From NCBI GenBank assembly GCA_021203765.1, contig JAJQAN010000002.1:1-45815 (forward strand): DNA of 45,815 bases, in the 5' to 3' direction. The translations under genes and the position numbers were made by a program. This DNA is from Coriobacteriaceae bacterium (GTDB lineage: Bacteria; Actinomycetota; Coriobacteriia; Coriobacteriales; QAMH01). Every line of letters starts with the position of its first letter. The first letter of the stretch is position 1. The notes under the pieces were generated by a model, which did no database searches, was not told the origin of the DNA, and worked only from the letters and a program-made list of their open reading frames with translations. This document shows, piece by piece, positions 1 through 19,311 of the stretch.

Positions 1-27
1 TGCGGCGCCAAAGTTAAGGTGAAGTAA
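1..27 (+). CDS. rplL: 3' end of ribosomal protein L7/L12 (partial)
   Basis: Frame 1 reads CGAKVKVK-stop, resembling the L7/L12 C-terminus (xGAKVxxK). The position upstream of rpoB fits the rplJL-rpoBC order. Only 8 codons are visible. Confidence 0.65.
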   Translation, partial: CGAKVKVK

Positions 28-138
28 GACCCGCCGCGTCTTAGTTCGGACGCTTCTGAGAAGGGGCGCGGGGTACCTGTTCCAAGTTTTCGCAGGCACA
101 CCCGCACCCCTTTGAACAGCTTCAGTACTCGAAACGAT

Positions 139-166
139 AAGGCCCGTCGCGAAAGCGGCGGGCCTT
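139..166 (+). terminator. GC-rich hairpin, probable terminator after rplL
   Basis: AAGGCCCGTCGC-GAAA-GCGGCGGGCCTT forms a 12-bp stem (one G-U) with a GNRA loop. The U-tract is weak. Confidence 0.6.
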
Positions 167-196
167 CGTGTATCATAGGGCGCCGAGGGAGTTTAG

Positions 197-676
197 TTGG
201 CACGCATCGGAATCATATCGGACACGCACGGCACACTGCCGGACGAGGTCGCGCAGGCCTTCGAAGGCGTCGACCATATCATCCACGCCGGCGACATCGG
301 CGCCCCCGAGATCTTATGGGAGCTTGAGACCATCGCGCCGACGACGGCCGTGCTCGGCAACAACGACTGGCGCGACTACGGCCCCTCGGTCCACGACACC
401 GCCAAGCCCGTCATCGACGGCACCCGCATCTTCGTCTCGCATATGCCCGGCGCCGCGATACGCGCCGCACAGACCGGCGACTACCACGTCGCCATCCACG
501 GGCACACCCACGTCCCCGAAGACGAGCTGCGCGGATCCACGCGCATCATCTGCCCCGGCAGCGCCGTCTCGCCCCGCCATGGGAGCGACCGCTGCGTCGC
601 CATCCTCGCCGCACGCGACGGCATCGTCCGCTCGCTGCAGTTCGTCGTGCTCGCCTCCCTCAAGCACCAGCACTAA
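197..676 (+). CDS. YfcE/MJ0936-family metallophosphoesterase
   Basis: Motifs ISDTHG, HAGD, GNND, SH and HGHTH, plus a PGS motif. TTG start after a GAGGGA RBS. Confidence 0.9.
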   Translation: MARIGIISDTHGTLPDEVAQAFEGVDHIIHAGDIGAPEILWELETIAPTTAVLGNNDWRDYGPSVHDTAKPVIDGTRIFVSHMPGAAIRAAQTGDYHVAIHGHTHVPEDELRGSTRIICPGSAVSPRHGSDRCVAILAARDGIVRSLQFVVLASLKHQH

Positions 677-807
677 GCCACCGCTCTTCATTCGTTACCT
701 GCATGCAGCATCCGCAGCTGCGACGGCTACCTTCAAATCTGCTCGCCTAAAAATTCGACCGTTCGCCGAAAAGTCGTGTGGCGACCCTTCCATTAGCAAA
801 ATTTTTC

Positions 808-836
808 TTGCAATCCCCCCGAACTTCGAATAAAGT
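808..836 (+). promoter_or_regulatory. sigma70-type promoter of rpoBC
   Basis: TTGCAA (808-813), 17-bp spacer, TAAAGT (831-836). An AT-rich tract AAAATTTTTC lies just upstream (UP-element-like). Confidence 0.65.
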
Positions 837-965
837 CTAGTCCTTATCGCGCTGACGGCGTTCAACGCATGCCCAGACGATGTGCCGGACACACCTCGTC
901 GGACCCGCTGAACAGGCCGTTTATGCGCTTCCCGTACGTTCGTACGTTGTCGAAGGAGGTTTAGC

Positions 966-4481
<3,516 letters not shown>

Positions 4482-4482
4482 G

Positions 4483-9030
<4,548 letters not shown>

Positions 9031-9089
9031 ACGACCTGGTCGCACCGCACGTTTCGAGCGTGCGGCACCTGCACCATCACACGGTGTGA

Positions 9090-9122
9090 GGCGGGCTTCG
9101 CCGATTGCGGCCGAAGCCCGCC
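9090..9122 (+). terminator. Hairpin downstream of rpoC
   Basis: GGCGGGCTTCG/CGAAGCCCGCC is a perfect 11-bp inverted repeat with no U-tract. Further hairpins flank it. Confidence 0.45.
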
Positions 9123-9178
9123 GACCCCGGCCTTGCCGGGCGGGGGAAGAGGTATGGACACGCCCGGACGCGTGGCGT

Positions 9179-9207
9179 TTGACACGCCAGTAATTTACGA
9201 GTAATGT
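9179..9207 (+). promoter_or_regulatory. sigma70-type promoter of the rpsL superoperon
   Basis: Perfect TTGACA (9179-9184), 17-bp spacer, TAATGT (9202-9207). Confidence 0.7.
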
Positions 9208-9357
9208 ACCGCCTCGCGCCTTCGATAGAAGGCCGTGCGCCCGTGCGCTCAGATGTCAGGCTTTGCCTGGTCGTATGCAAGGGATTGCTGCCAGGCAAAA
9301 CCTGACGACGTGCGGGGGTTTTAGGAGTACCGGAAGGCAAAAGCAAAGGAGAACACA

Positions 9358-9732
9358 TTGCCTACCATCAACCAACTGGTTCGCAAGGGCCGCAAGAGGA
9401 CGGCTGCAAAGCCGAAATGTCCTGCGCTTAAGGGCAATCCGCAGAAGCGCGGGGTCTGCACGCGCGTGTACACGACCACGCCGAAAAAGCCGAACTCGGC
9501 CCTCCGTAAGGTCGCCCGTGTCCGCCTGGTCAACGGGATGGAGGTCACCGCCTACATCCCCGGCATCGGACATAACCTCCAGGAGCACTCGATGGTGCTC
9601 ATCCGTGGCGGCCGTGTCAAAGACCTTCCCGGTGTCCGCTACAAGGTCATCCGCGGCGCTCTCGACACCGCGGCGGTCAGCGACCGTTCCCAGGCGCGCA
9701 GCCGCTACGGCGCCAAGCGCCCGAAGAAATAG
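9358..9732 (+). CDS. rpsL: 30S ribosomal protein S12
   Basis: [34 protein letters not shown] start with AAGGAG RBS. Confidence 0.99.
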   Translation: MPTINQLVRKGRKRTAAKPKCPALKGNPQKRGVCTRVYTTTPKKPNSALRKVARVRLVNGMEVTAYIPGIGHNLQEHSMVLIRGGRVKDLPGVRYKVIRGALDTAAVSDRSQARSRYGAKRPKK

Positions 9733-9753
9733 AGAGCGAGGGGTTGATCAGCT

Positions 9754-10224
9754 ATGCCACGTCGTGCACCGGCCTCCCGCCGCGAAGTCCAGCCGGACGC
9801 CGTCTACAACAACCGCCTTGTCACGCAGCTCATCAACAAGGTGCTGCTCGACGGCAAGAAGTCCAAGGCCGAAGCCATCGTCTACGGTGCCTTCGACATC
9901 ATCCAGGAAAAACTCAACGAGGATCCGTTGAGCGTCTTCAAGACGGCCATGGACAACGTCCGTCCCACCATCGAGGTCAAGCCCAAGCGTGTCGGCGGCG
10001 CCACTTACCAGGTCCCCGTCGAGGTCGCCCCGCGGCGTTCCACCACGCTCGCCATCCGCTGGATCGTCGGCTTCGCCCGCGAGCGCCGCGAACGCAGCAT
10101 GGCCGAACGCCTCGCCGCCGAGATCATCGACGCATCCAACAACACCGGCGCATCCGTCAAGAGGCGTGAGGACGTCTTCAAGATGGCCGAGGCCAACCGC
10201 GCCTTTTCACACTATCGTTGGTAG
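9754..10224 (+). CDS. rpsG: 30S ribosomal protein S7
   Basis: MPRR start, [22 protein letters not shown]. Confidence 0.99.
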   Translation: MPRRAPASRREVQPDAVYNNRLVTQLINKVLLDGKKSKAEAIVYGAFDIIQEKLNEDPLSVFKTAMDNVRPTIEVKPKRVGGATYQVPVEVAPRRSTTLAIRWIVGFARERRERSMAERLAAEIIDASNNTGASVKRREDVFKMAEANRAFSHYRW

Positions 10225-10235
10225 GGAGATAGAGC

Positions 10236-12329
10236 ATGCCTCAAAAGACTCCGTTAAAGGACACGCGCAACATCGGCATCATGGCCCACATCGATGCCGG
10301 CAAGACCACCACCACCGAGCGCATCCTCTACTACACCGGCAAGAAGCATAAGATCGGCGAGGTCCACGAAGGCGCCGCCACCATGGACTGGATGGCCCAG
10401 GAACAGGAGCGCGGCATCACCATCACCTCGGCCGCGACCACCTGCTTTTGGAACGACCACCGCATCCAGATCATCGACACCCCAGGGCACGTCGACTTCA
10501 CCGCCGAGGTCGAACGTTCCCTGCGCGTCCTCGACGGCACGGTCGCCGTCTTCTGCTCGGTCGGCGGCGTGCAGCCCCAGTCCGAGACGGTCTGGCGCCA
10601 GGCGGTGCGTTACAACGTCCCGCGCATGGCCTTCGTCAACAAGATGGACCGCACCGGCGCCGACTTCTACAACGTCGTCAAGATGATGGAGGACCGCATC
10701 GACGCCCATCCGGTCGTCCTGCAGCTCCCCATCGGTTCCGAGGACCAGTTCAGCGGGCTTGTCGACCTCGTCGCCATGGAGGGCATACACTTCCGCGAAG
10801 AGGAAAACTCCATGACCTACCCCGAGCCCATGGAGATCCCCGAGGACATGGTCGACCAGGCCAACGAGTACCGCGAGATGCTCATCGAGAACATCGTCGA
10901 CTTCGACGACGAGCTCATGGAGACCGTCCTCGAGGACAAGGAACCCACCGTCGAGATGATCAAGCGCGCCATCCGACGCGGCACCATCGACTGCAAGATC
11001 ACCCCGACCATCTGCGGCTCGGCCTTCAAGAACAAGGGCGTCCAGGAACTGCTCGACGCGGTCTGCGACTTCATGCCCTCCCCGCTCGACATCCCGCCCA
11101 TCACTGGCACCGATCCCAAGACCGACGAGGAGGTCACCCGCGAGGCCGACCCCAAGGGGCCGTTCTCCGCGCTGGCCTTCAAGATCATGACCGATCCCTT
11201 CGTCGGCAAGCTCACCTACTTCCGTTGCTACTCCGGCCACCTCGACGCCGGCTCCTATACCCTCAACGCCACCAAGGACAAAAAGGAACGCATCGGCCGT
11301 CTGCTCGAGATGCACTCCAACGAGCAGCACGACATCGAATACTGCGAGGCGGGCGACATCTGCGCCGCCGTCGGTCTGAAGGCCACCGGCACGGGCGACA
11401 CGCTCTGCGACGAGCAGCACCCCGTCATCTTGGAGTCCATGGAATTCCCCGACCCGGTCATCGACATCGCGGTCGAGCCCAAGACCAAGGCCGAACAGGA
11501 CAAGCTCGGCATGGCGCTGCAGAAGCTCGCCGAGGAGGACCCGACCTTCACGGTCCGCACCGACCAGGAGACCGGCCAGACCATCATCGCCGGCATGGGC
11601 GAGCTGCACCTCGAGATCATCATCGACCGCCTGCGGCGTGAGTTCAACGTCGAGGCAAACGTCGGCAAGCCCCGCGTCGCCTACCGCGAAAAGCCGGGCC
11701 ACGAGGTCCTCAACGTCCAGGGCAAGTTCGTCCGCCAGTCCGGCGGCCACGGCCAGTACGGCGATGCGATCATCAATATGTATCCCAACGAGCAGGGCGC
11801 CGGCTACGAGTTCGAAAGCAAGATCGTCGGCGGTGTCATCCCCAAGGAATTCATCCCCTCGGTCGACAAGGGCATCCAGGAGGCCCTCGAGGCGGGCGTC
11901 GTCGCCGGCTACCCGGTCCTCGACGTCAAGGTCGAGCTCATCGACGGCTCCTACCACGAGGTCGACTCCTCGGACGCGGCCTTCAAGGTGGCCGGCTCCA
12001 TCGCCATCAAGGAGGCCCTGCGCAAAAGCGACCCGATCCTGCTCGAGCCCATCATGGCGGTCGAGGTCGTGACCCCGGCCGAGTACATGGGCGACGTCAT
12101 GGGCAACCTCTCCTCCCGCCGCGGCCAGATCCAAGGCCAGGAGGAGCGCGGCAACGCGACGGTCATCCAGGTCAAGGTCCCGCTCTCCGAGATGTTCGGC
12201 TATGCGACCGACCTGCGTTCGTCCACGCAGGGGCGCGCGTCCTACACCATGCAGTTCGACGCCTATGCCCCGGTTCCCAAGAGCGTCGCGGAAGAGATCA
12301 TCAGCAAGGCCGGCGGAAGCGCGGACTAG
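10236..12329 (+). CDS. fusA: Elongation factor G
   Basis: [33 protein letters not shown]. Confidence 0.99.
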   Translation: MPQKTPLKDTRNIGIMAHIDAGKTTTTERILYYTGKKHKIGEVHEGAATMDWMAQEQERGITITSAATTCFWNDHRIQIIDTPGHVDFTAEVERSLRVLDGTVAVFCSVGGVQPQSETVWRQAVRYNVPRMAFVNKMDRTGADFYNVVKMMEDRIDAHPVVLQLPIGSEDQFSGLVDLVAMEGIHFREEENSMTYPEPMEIPEDMVDQANEYREMLIENIVDFDDELMETVLEDKEPTVEMIKRAIRRGTIDCKITPTICGSAFKNKGVQELLDAVCDFMPSPLDIPPITGTDPKTDEEVTREADPKGPFSALAFKIMTDPFVGKLTYFRCYSGHLDAGSYTLNATKDKKERIGRLLEMHSNEQHDIEYCEAGDICAAVGLKATGTGDTLCDEQHPVILESMEFPDPVIDIAVEPKTKAEQDKLGMALQKLAEEDPTFTVRTDQETGQTIIAGMGELHLEIIIDRLRREFNVEANVGKPRVAYREKPGHEVLNVQGKFVRQSGGHGQYGDAIINMYPNEQGAGYEFESKIVGGVIPKEFIPSVDKGIQEALEAGVVAGYPVLDVKVELIDGSYHEVDSSDAAFKVAGSIAIKEALRKSDPILLEPIMAVEVVTPAEYMGDVMGNLSSRRGQIQGQEERGNATVIQVKVPLSEMFGYATDLRSSTQGRASYTMQFDAYAPVPKSVAEEIISKAGGSAD

Positions 12330-12358
12330 CGCGACGGCACGGATTTTGGAGGTTTAAC

Positions 12359-12676
12359 GTGGCTACCAAACAGACGCAAAAGATTCGCATCCGCCTGAAG
12401 GGCTACGACCACGAGATCGTCGATCAGTCCACCCGTCTGATCGTCGACACCGCGGCAAAGACCGGTGCGCGGGTCTGCGGCCCCATCCCGCTGCCCACCG
12501 AGCGCAGCCTGTACTGCGTCATCCGCTCGCCGCACGTCAACAAGGATTCGCGTGAGCAGTTCGAGATGCGCACGCACAAACGTCTGATCGACATCCTCGA
12601 CCCGACCCCGTCTACGGTCGACTCGCTCATGCGCCTCGACCTGCCGGCCGGCGTCGACATCGAAATCAAGCTCTAG
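12359..12676 (+). CDS. rpsJ: 30S ribosomal protein S10
   Basis: [33 protein letters not shown] start. Confidence 0.99.
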   Translation: MATKQTQKIRIRLKGYDHEIVDQSTRLIVDTAAKTGARVCGPIPLPTERSLYCVIRSPHVNKDSREQFEMRTHKRLIDILDPTPSTVDSLMRLDLPAGVDIEIKL

Positions 12677-12722
12677 GGCACGGGCCTGCAACGAGCAAGG
12701 TAACTGGAGGTTAAGGTCACTC

Positions 12723-13346
12723 ATGGTCAACGCGATTCTCGGCCGCAAGCTCGGCATGACGCAGGTCTGGGGCGAAGACGACGACATCGTCCCGGTCACG
12801 GTCATCGAGGCCGGTCCCTGTGTGGTGTCGCAGGTCAAAACCGGTGATTCCGACGGCTACGAGGCCGTCCAGCTCGGTTTCGGCGACATCAAGGAAAAGC
12901 ATGTCAACAAGCCGATGAAGGGTCATTTCGACAAGGCGGGCGTCACCCCGACGCGCTATCTGCGCGAGGTCCGCGTCGACGACGCCTCCGAGTACTCCGT
13001 CGGCGACACCGTCAAGGTAAACGACGTCTTCGCCGACGTCTCCAAGGTCGACGTCACCGGCGTCAGCAAGGGCAAGGGCTTCGCCGGCGTCATCAAGCGC
13101 CACAACTTTGCCGGCGGCCCCGGCGCGCACGGGTCCCGTTTCCACCGCGCCCCTGGCTCCATCGGCCAGTGCGCATCCCCCTCCCGCGTCTTCAAGGGGG
13201 TCCGCCTGCCCGGACATATGGGCTGTGACACGGTCACGGTCAAAAACCTGCAGGTCGTGCGTATCGACGACGAGCAGAACATCCTGTTGGTCAAGGGAGC
13301 CGTGCCGGGAGGCAAGGGCGCCCTGCTTCAGATCCGTACGGCATAA
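12723..13346 (+). CDS. rplC: 50S ribosomal protein L3
   Basis: [25 protein letters not shown]. Confidence 0.99.
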   Translation: MVNAILGRKLGMTQVWGEDDDIVPVTVIEAGPCVVSQVKTGDSDGYEAVQLGFGDIKEKHVNKPMKGHFDKAGVTPTRYLREVRVDDASEYSVGDTVKVNDVFADVSKVDVTGVSKGKGFAGVIKRHNFAGGPGAHGSRFHRAPGSIGQCASPSRVFKGVRLPGHMGCDTVTVKNLQVVRIDDEQNILLVKGAVPGGKGALLQIRTA

Positions 13347-13370
13347 GGCCCGCGGGAGGAAAGGATCGGT

Positions 13371-13994
13371 ATGGCAACACTGAAGATCAAAAACTCCGAG
13401 GGCAAGGACGCGGGCTCGCTGAAGGTCTCCGACGACGTCTTCGGCATCGAGCCGAACAACGCCGTCATGCACCAGGTCGTCCGCGCCCAGCGTGCCGCCC
13501 TCCAGCAGGGCACGCACGCCACCAAGACCCGCTCGGACCGTCGTGGCGGCGGCCGCAAGCCGTACCGCCAGAAGGGCACGGGCCGCGCCCGCCAGGGCAG
13601 CATCCGTTCCCCGCACTACCGCGGCGGCGGCGTCGTCTTCGGACCCCACCCGCATTCCCATGCGCAGAAGGTCAACAAGAAGGTCACCAAGCTGGCCATG
13701 CGCTCGGCGCTGTCCGGCAAGGTCGCCGACTCCGAGCTCTACGTCGTCGACGCGCTCGACTTCGACGAGCCGTCCACCAAGAAGGCCCAGGCGATCCTGG
13801 ACGCGCTGGACGTCACGGGCCGCATCACCGTCGTCGTCGACGACGACAACATCAACGCGTTCCTCTCATTCCGCAACATCCCGTCGGTCCTCGTCATCGC
13901 GGCATCCGAGTCCAACACCTACGACCTCATCGACAACACGGTGCTCATCATGACGACCGGCGCGGTCAAATACGTCGAGGAGGTGCTTTCGTAA
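13371..13994 (+). CDS. rplD: 50S ribosomal protein L4
   Basis: [23 protein letters not shown]. Confidence 0.99.
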   Translation: MATLKIKNSEGKDAGSLKVSDDVFGIEPNNAVMHQVVRAQRAALQQGTHATKTRSDRRGGGRKPYRQKGTGRARQGSIRSPHYRGGGVVFGPHPHSHAQKVNKKVTKLAMRSALSGKVADSELYVVDALDFDEPSTKKAQAILDALDVTGRITVVVDDDNINAFLSFRNIPSVLVIAASESNTYDLIDNTVLIMTTGAVKYVEEVLS

Positions 13995-14281
13995 TGCTCG
14001 CCCGCGACATCATCATCCGTCCGATCGTCTCGGAGCGCTCCTTCGACCAGATGGAGGACAACCGCTACACGTTCGAGGTAGCCAAGACGGCCAACAAGAT
14101 CGAGATCGCCAAGGCCGTCGAGGAGATCTTCAACGTGACGGTGACCAAGGTAAACACCATCAACGTCAAGCCCAAGCCCAAGCGCGTGCGGTACCAGAAG
14201 GGGTACACGCGCACCTGGAAGAAGGCCATCGTCACGTTGGCCGAGGGCGACTCGATCGAGTTGTTCGCCTCGCAGGATTAA
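13994..14281 (+). CDS. rplW: 50S ribosomal protein L23
   Basis: [27 protein letters not shown]. Confidence 0.98.
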   Translation: MLARDIIIRPIVSERSFDQMEDNRYTFEVAKTANKIEIAKAVEEIFNVTVTKVNTINVKPKPKRVRYQKGYTRTWKKAIVTLAEGDSIELFASQD

Positions 14282-14444
14282 GTAGGTATCACGCCCCGTG
14301 GTGCGCGGGGTTGATCGGTGCTGCGTGCTCGGCTTTCTAGAGCCACCCGGCACCGTGGTAAGTCCGGGGTCAGGATCGCTCGGAGGTGCACCGCCTCCGT
14401 ATCCCAGGCGATCAGCTGGCAAGCGGACGAAAGGAGTTTTAAAC

Positions 14445-15275
<831 letters not shown>

Positions 15276-15292
15276 CGTGAAGGAGAAGTATC

Positions 15293-15553
15293 GTGAGTAG
15301 AAGTCTCAAAAAGGGACCGTACGTGGAACCGCGCCTCCTTGCGCGTATCCAGGAGATGAACGAGTCCGGCGAGAAGAAGGCACTCAAGACGTGGAGCCGC
15401 TCATCGACGATCTTTCCCGAGATGGTCGGCCACACCATCGCCGTCCATGACGGACGCCGCCATGTGCCGGTGTACATCAACGAGTCCATGGTCGGGCACA
15501 AGCTGGGCGAATTCGCCCCGACCCGCACCTTCAGGGGCCACAAGGAGAAATAG
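15293..15553 (+). CDS. rpsS: 30S ribosomal protein S19
   Basis: [25 protein letters not shown]. Confidence 0.99.
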   Translation: MSRSLKKGPYVEPRLLARIQEMNESGEKKALKTWSRSSTIFPEMVGHTIAVHDGRRHVPVYINESMVGHKLGEFAPTRTFRGHKEK

Positions 15554-15564
15554 GAGGGATGAGC

Positions 15565-15905
15565 ATGGAAGCCGAAGCAACCGCCAAGTACCTGCGCCTC
15601 TCTCCGCGCAAGGCCCGCATCGTCGTCGACCAGGTCCGCGGCAAGGACGTCGTCGACGCGCTCGACCTGCTGCGCTTCAACGAGCGCGCTGCATCCGAGA
15701 TCGTCTACAAGGTCGTCGCGTCCGCCGCGTCCAATGCCATGGTCAAGCACGGACTGCGCCAGGAGAACCTGGTCATCTCGCAGGCCTACGTCAACGAGGG
15801 CCCGACGCTGAAACGCTACCGCCCGCGCGCGAAGGGCATGGCAGGCCACATCAACAAGCGCACCTGCCATATCACCATCGTCGTCTCAAACCGAGAGGAG
15901 GCATG

Positions 15906-15906
<1 letters not shown>
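15565..15906 (+). CDS. rplV: 50S ribosomal protein L22
   Basis: [21 protein letters not shown]. The second ATG was chosen on RBS spacing; 15559 is the alternative. Confidence 0.97.
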
Positions 15907-16634
<728 letters not shown>

Positions 16635-16636
16635 CC

Positions 16637-17248
16637 ATGTTGATGCCCAGACGTATCAGGCACCGCAAGGTGCAGCGCGGCACCATGAAGGGCAAGGCCA
16701 AGGGTGGCACCACCCTCAACTTCGGCTCCTACGGCATCCAGGCGCTCGAGGCCCACTGGATCACCAACCGCCAGATCGAGGCCGCCCGTGTCGCGATGAC
16801 CCGTCACATGAAGCGTACCGGCCGTGTCTACATCACCATCTTCCCGGACAAGCCGATCACGCGTAAGCCCGCCGAGACCCGCATGGGCAAGGGCAAGGGC
16901 AACCCCGAGGAATGGGTTGCCGTCGTCAAGCCCGGCCGCGTCATGTTCGAGATCGATGGCGTGCCGCGCGACGTCGCCTACGAGGCGCTGCGCCTGGCCA
17001 TCCAGAAGATGCCGATCAAGTGCAAGATCCTCGAACGCGAGGACGCCGAAGAGCGCTCCGCCCGCGTCGCCGAGGAGCTCGCCGCCAAGAAGGCCGCCAA
17101 GACCAAGGCAGCCGCTGCGGCCGGCATCATGCTCGACGAGTACGGCGAACCGATCGTAGAGAGCGAAGGAGAAGAGGAGGCCGCCGAAGAAGCAGAAGAG
17201 GCCGTCGCCGAATCCGAAGAAGAGGTCAAAGAAGGTGAGAACGCATGA
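16637..17248 (+). CDS. rplP: 50S ribosomal protein L16 with C-terminal extension
   Basis: [18 protein letters not shown]. Start at ATG 16637 after GGAGGAG. Confidence 0.98.
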   Translation: MLMPRRIRHRKVQRGTMKGKAKGGTTLNFGSYGIQALEAHWITNRQIEAARVAMTRHMKRTGRVYITIFPDKPITRKPAETRMGKGKGNPEEWVAVVKPGRVMFEIDGVPRDVAYEALRLAIQKMPIKCKILEREDAEERSARVAEELAAKKAAKTKAAAAAGIMLDEYGEPIVESEGEEEAAEEAEEAVAESEEEVKEGENA

Positions 17249-17463
17249 AACCTTCCGAACTGCATGATATGAGCACCGAGGATCTGAACACCAAGCTGCA
17301 GGAGGCCCGCACGGAGCTGTTCAACCTGCGCTTCCAGATGGCGACGAGCCAGCTCGACAATACGGCCCGCGTCAAGGTCGTCAAGAAGGATGTCGCGCGC
17401 ATCAGCACCGAACTACGTGAGCGCGAGATCGAAGCCGAAAAGAAAGCCGCGAAGGCGTCCTAG
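17245..17463 (+). CDS. rpmC: 50S ribosomal protein L29
   Basis: [15 protein letters not shown]. Position in the operon. Confidence 0.97.
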   Translation: MKPSELHDMSTEDLNTKLQEARTELFNLRFQMATSQLDNTARVKVVKKDVARISTELREREIEAEKKAAKAS

Positions 17464-17478
17464 GAAGGAGGACCGGTC

Positions 17479-17739
17479 ATGAGTGAAGAGCGCAACCAAC
17501 GCAAGGTCCGCCAGGGCGTCGTCGTCTCGGCGTCCGACGACAAGACCATCGTCGTGCAGATCAAGGAGCGCAAGCCGCACCGCGTCTACAAGAAGATGAT
17601 CACGACCACCAAGAAACTCCACGCGCACGACGAGGAAAACCTCGCCGGTGTGGGCGACACTGTCCGTCTGATGGAGACTCGGCCGATTTCGAAGAGCAAG
17701 CACTGGCGCCTGCTCGAAATCGTCGAGAAGGCCAAATAA
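17479..17739 (+). CDS. rpsQ: 30S ribosomal protein S17
   Basis: DKTIVV, AHDEEN, ETRPISKSKHW. Confidence 0.98.
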   Translation: MSEERNQRKVRQGVVVSASDDKTIVVQIKERKPHRVYKKMITTTKKLHAHDEENLAGVGDTVRLMETRPISKSKHWRLLEIVEKAK

Positions 17740-17757
17740 GCACGAAAGGTTGATCCG

Positions 17758-18126
17758 ATGATTCAGATGCAAAGCATGCTGGCCATCGCCGACAACAGCG
17801 GTGCACGCAAGGTACAGTGCATCAAGGTTCTCGGCGGTTCCAAGCGCCGCTACGCCGGGCTGGGCGACGTCGTCGTCTGCAGCGTCAAGGAAGCGGCCCC
17901 GAACGGCCAGGTCAAGAAGGGCGATATCGTCCGCTGTGTGATCGTCCGCGTGAAAAAGGAGGTCCGCCGCAAAGACGGCTCCTACATCCGCTTCGATCAA
18001 AACGCCGCCGTGCTGGTCGACAACCAAGGAGCGCCACGCGGCACGCGCGTCTTCGGCCCGGTCGCCCGCGAACTGCGCGACCGCCGCTACATGAAGATCG
18101 TCTCCCTCGCACCCGAGACGATTTAA
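17758..18126 (+). CDS. rplN: 50S ribosomal protein L14
   Basis: [25 protein letters not shown]. Confidence 0.99.
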   Translation: MIQMQSMLAIADNSGARKVQCIKVLGGSKRRYAGLGDVVVCSVKEAAPNGQVKKGDIVRCVIVRVKKEVRRKDGSYIRFDQNAAVLVDNQGAPRGTRVFGPVARELRDRRYMKIVSLAPETI

Positions 18127-18142
18127 GGAAGGTGTGAGGACT

Positions 18143-18460
18143 ATGGCGAAGATGTCTGTGAAGAAAGGTGACACGGTCAAGGTCATCTGCGGCAAGGACA
18201 AGGGCGTCCAGGGCGAGGTCCTGGCGGCCTATCCCCAGACGCAGCGCGTGAGCGTCCGCGGCGTCGCGATGGTCAAAAAGACCTTGCGCCCGACCCAGGA
18301 GAACCCGTCGGGCGGCATAGACGAGCGCGAGTCGACCGTCCACGTCTCCGACGTCATGTTGGTCTGCCCGCACTGCGATCTGCCGACACGGGTCGGCAGC
18401 AGGCGCGAAGGCAACAAGAAGATCCGCGTCTGCAAGCGCTGCGGCAAGGATATCGACTAA
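18143..18460 (+). CDS. rplX: 50S ribosomal protein L24
   Basis: KOW motif KKGDTVKVICGKDKG. C-terminal CPHC/CKRC pairs. Confidence 0.97.
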   Translation: MAKMSVKKGDTVKVICGKDKGVQGEVLAAYPQTQRVSVRGVAMVKKTLRPTQENPSGGIDERESTVHVSDVMLVCPHCDLPTRVGSRREGNKKIRVCKRCGKDID

Positions 18461-18545
18461 GGCACGTTTTTAAGGCCCTTCCGCGAAAGGCACGGAAGGG
18501 GGCGAGGTCGGAAACCCCGCCTGAAACCTCGACAAGGAGTTAAGC

Positions 18546-19097
18546 ATGGCACCTCGGCTCAAAGAAAAGTACCAGACGGAGATCATCGGGCAGCTCGAAA
18601 AGGATCTCGGGATCGACAACGTCAACTCGGTCCCCAAGCTCGAGAAGATCGTCGTCAACATGGGCGTCGGCGCCGCCGCGACCGATTCCAAGCAGATCGA
18701 CGCGGCCGTCGAAGACCTGCGCGTCATCACCGGCCAGCAGCCGATGATCTGCCGCGCCAAAAAGTCCATCGCCGGTTTCAAGCTGCGTGCCGGCATGCCC
18801 ATCGGCGCGAAGGTCACGCTGCGCGGCGACCGCATGTACGAGTTCTTCGACCGTCTGGTCGCGACAGCCATCCCGCGCGTCCGCGATTTCCGCGGCATGT
18901 CGCTGAAGTCCTTCGACGGCAGCGGCAACTACTCCATGGGCGTCACCGAGCAGCTCATCTTCCCGGAGATCGACTACGACTCGGTCGACCATGTGCGTGG
19001 CATGGACATCACTTTTGTAACGACCGCGAAGACCGACGAGGAGGCCTTGGCGCTGATGACGGCGCTCGGCTTCCCCTTCGAGCATCCGCGTAACTAG
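18546..19097 (+). CDS. rplE: 50S ribosomal protein L5
   Basis: [25 protein letters not shown]. Confidence 0.99.
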   Translation: MAPRLKEKYQTEIIGQLEKDLGIDNVNSVPKLEKIVVNMGVGAAATDSKQIDAAVEDLRVITGQQPMICRAKKSIAGFKLRAGMPIGAKVTLRGDRMYEFFDRLVATAIPRVRDFRGMSLKSFDGSGNYSMGVTEQLIFPEIDYDSVDHVRGMDITFVTTAKTDEEALALMTALGFPFEHPRN

Positions 19098-19125
19098 GAA
19101 ACCTTAGGTTGAGGAGGCATCTGTT

Positions 19126-19311
19126 TTGGCTAAGAAATCGATGATCGCCAAGGCGAAGCGCGAACCGAAGTACAGCACCCGCGCCTACACCCGCTGCGTC
19201 CGTTGCGGGCGCCCGCGTTCGGTCTACCGCAAGTTCGGCCTGTGCCGTATCTGCTTGCGTGAGTTGGCCAACAAGGGCGAACTGCCCGGCGTGCGCAAGT
19301 CCAGCTGGTAG
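19126..19311 (+). CDS. rpsZ: 30S ribosomal protein S14, short Zn-binding type
   Basis: 61 aa with CVRC...CRIC and LPGVRKSSW. Confidence 0.97.
   Translation: MAKKSMIAKAKREPKYSTRAYTRCVRCGRPRSVYRKFGLCRICLRELANKGELPGVRKSSW

Noticed and set aside
9358-9732. Streptomycin-resistance changes in S12
   Set aside because: The PKKPNS and RVKDLPG motifs are wild type.
14298-14444. Apparent N-terminal extensions of L2 (and similarly S3, L16, Map, L36, PdxT, UvrC, YqeK, MurT) in the ORF track
   Set aside because: These are longest-ORF artefacts; starts supported by SD position or homology lie downstream.
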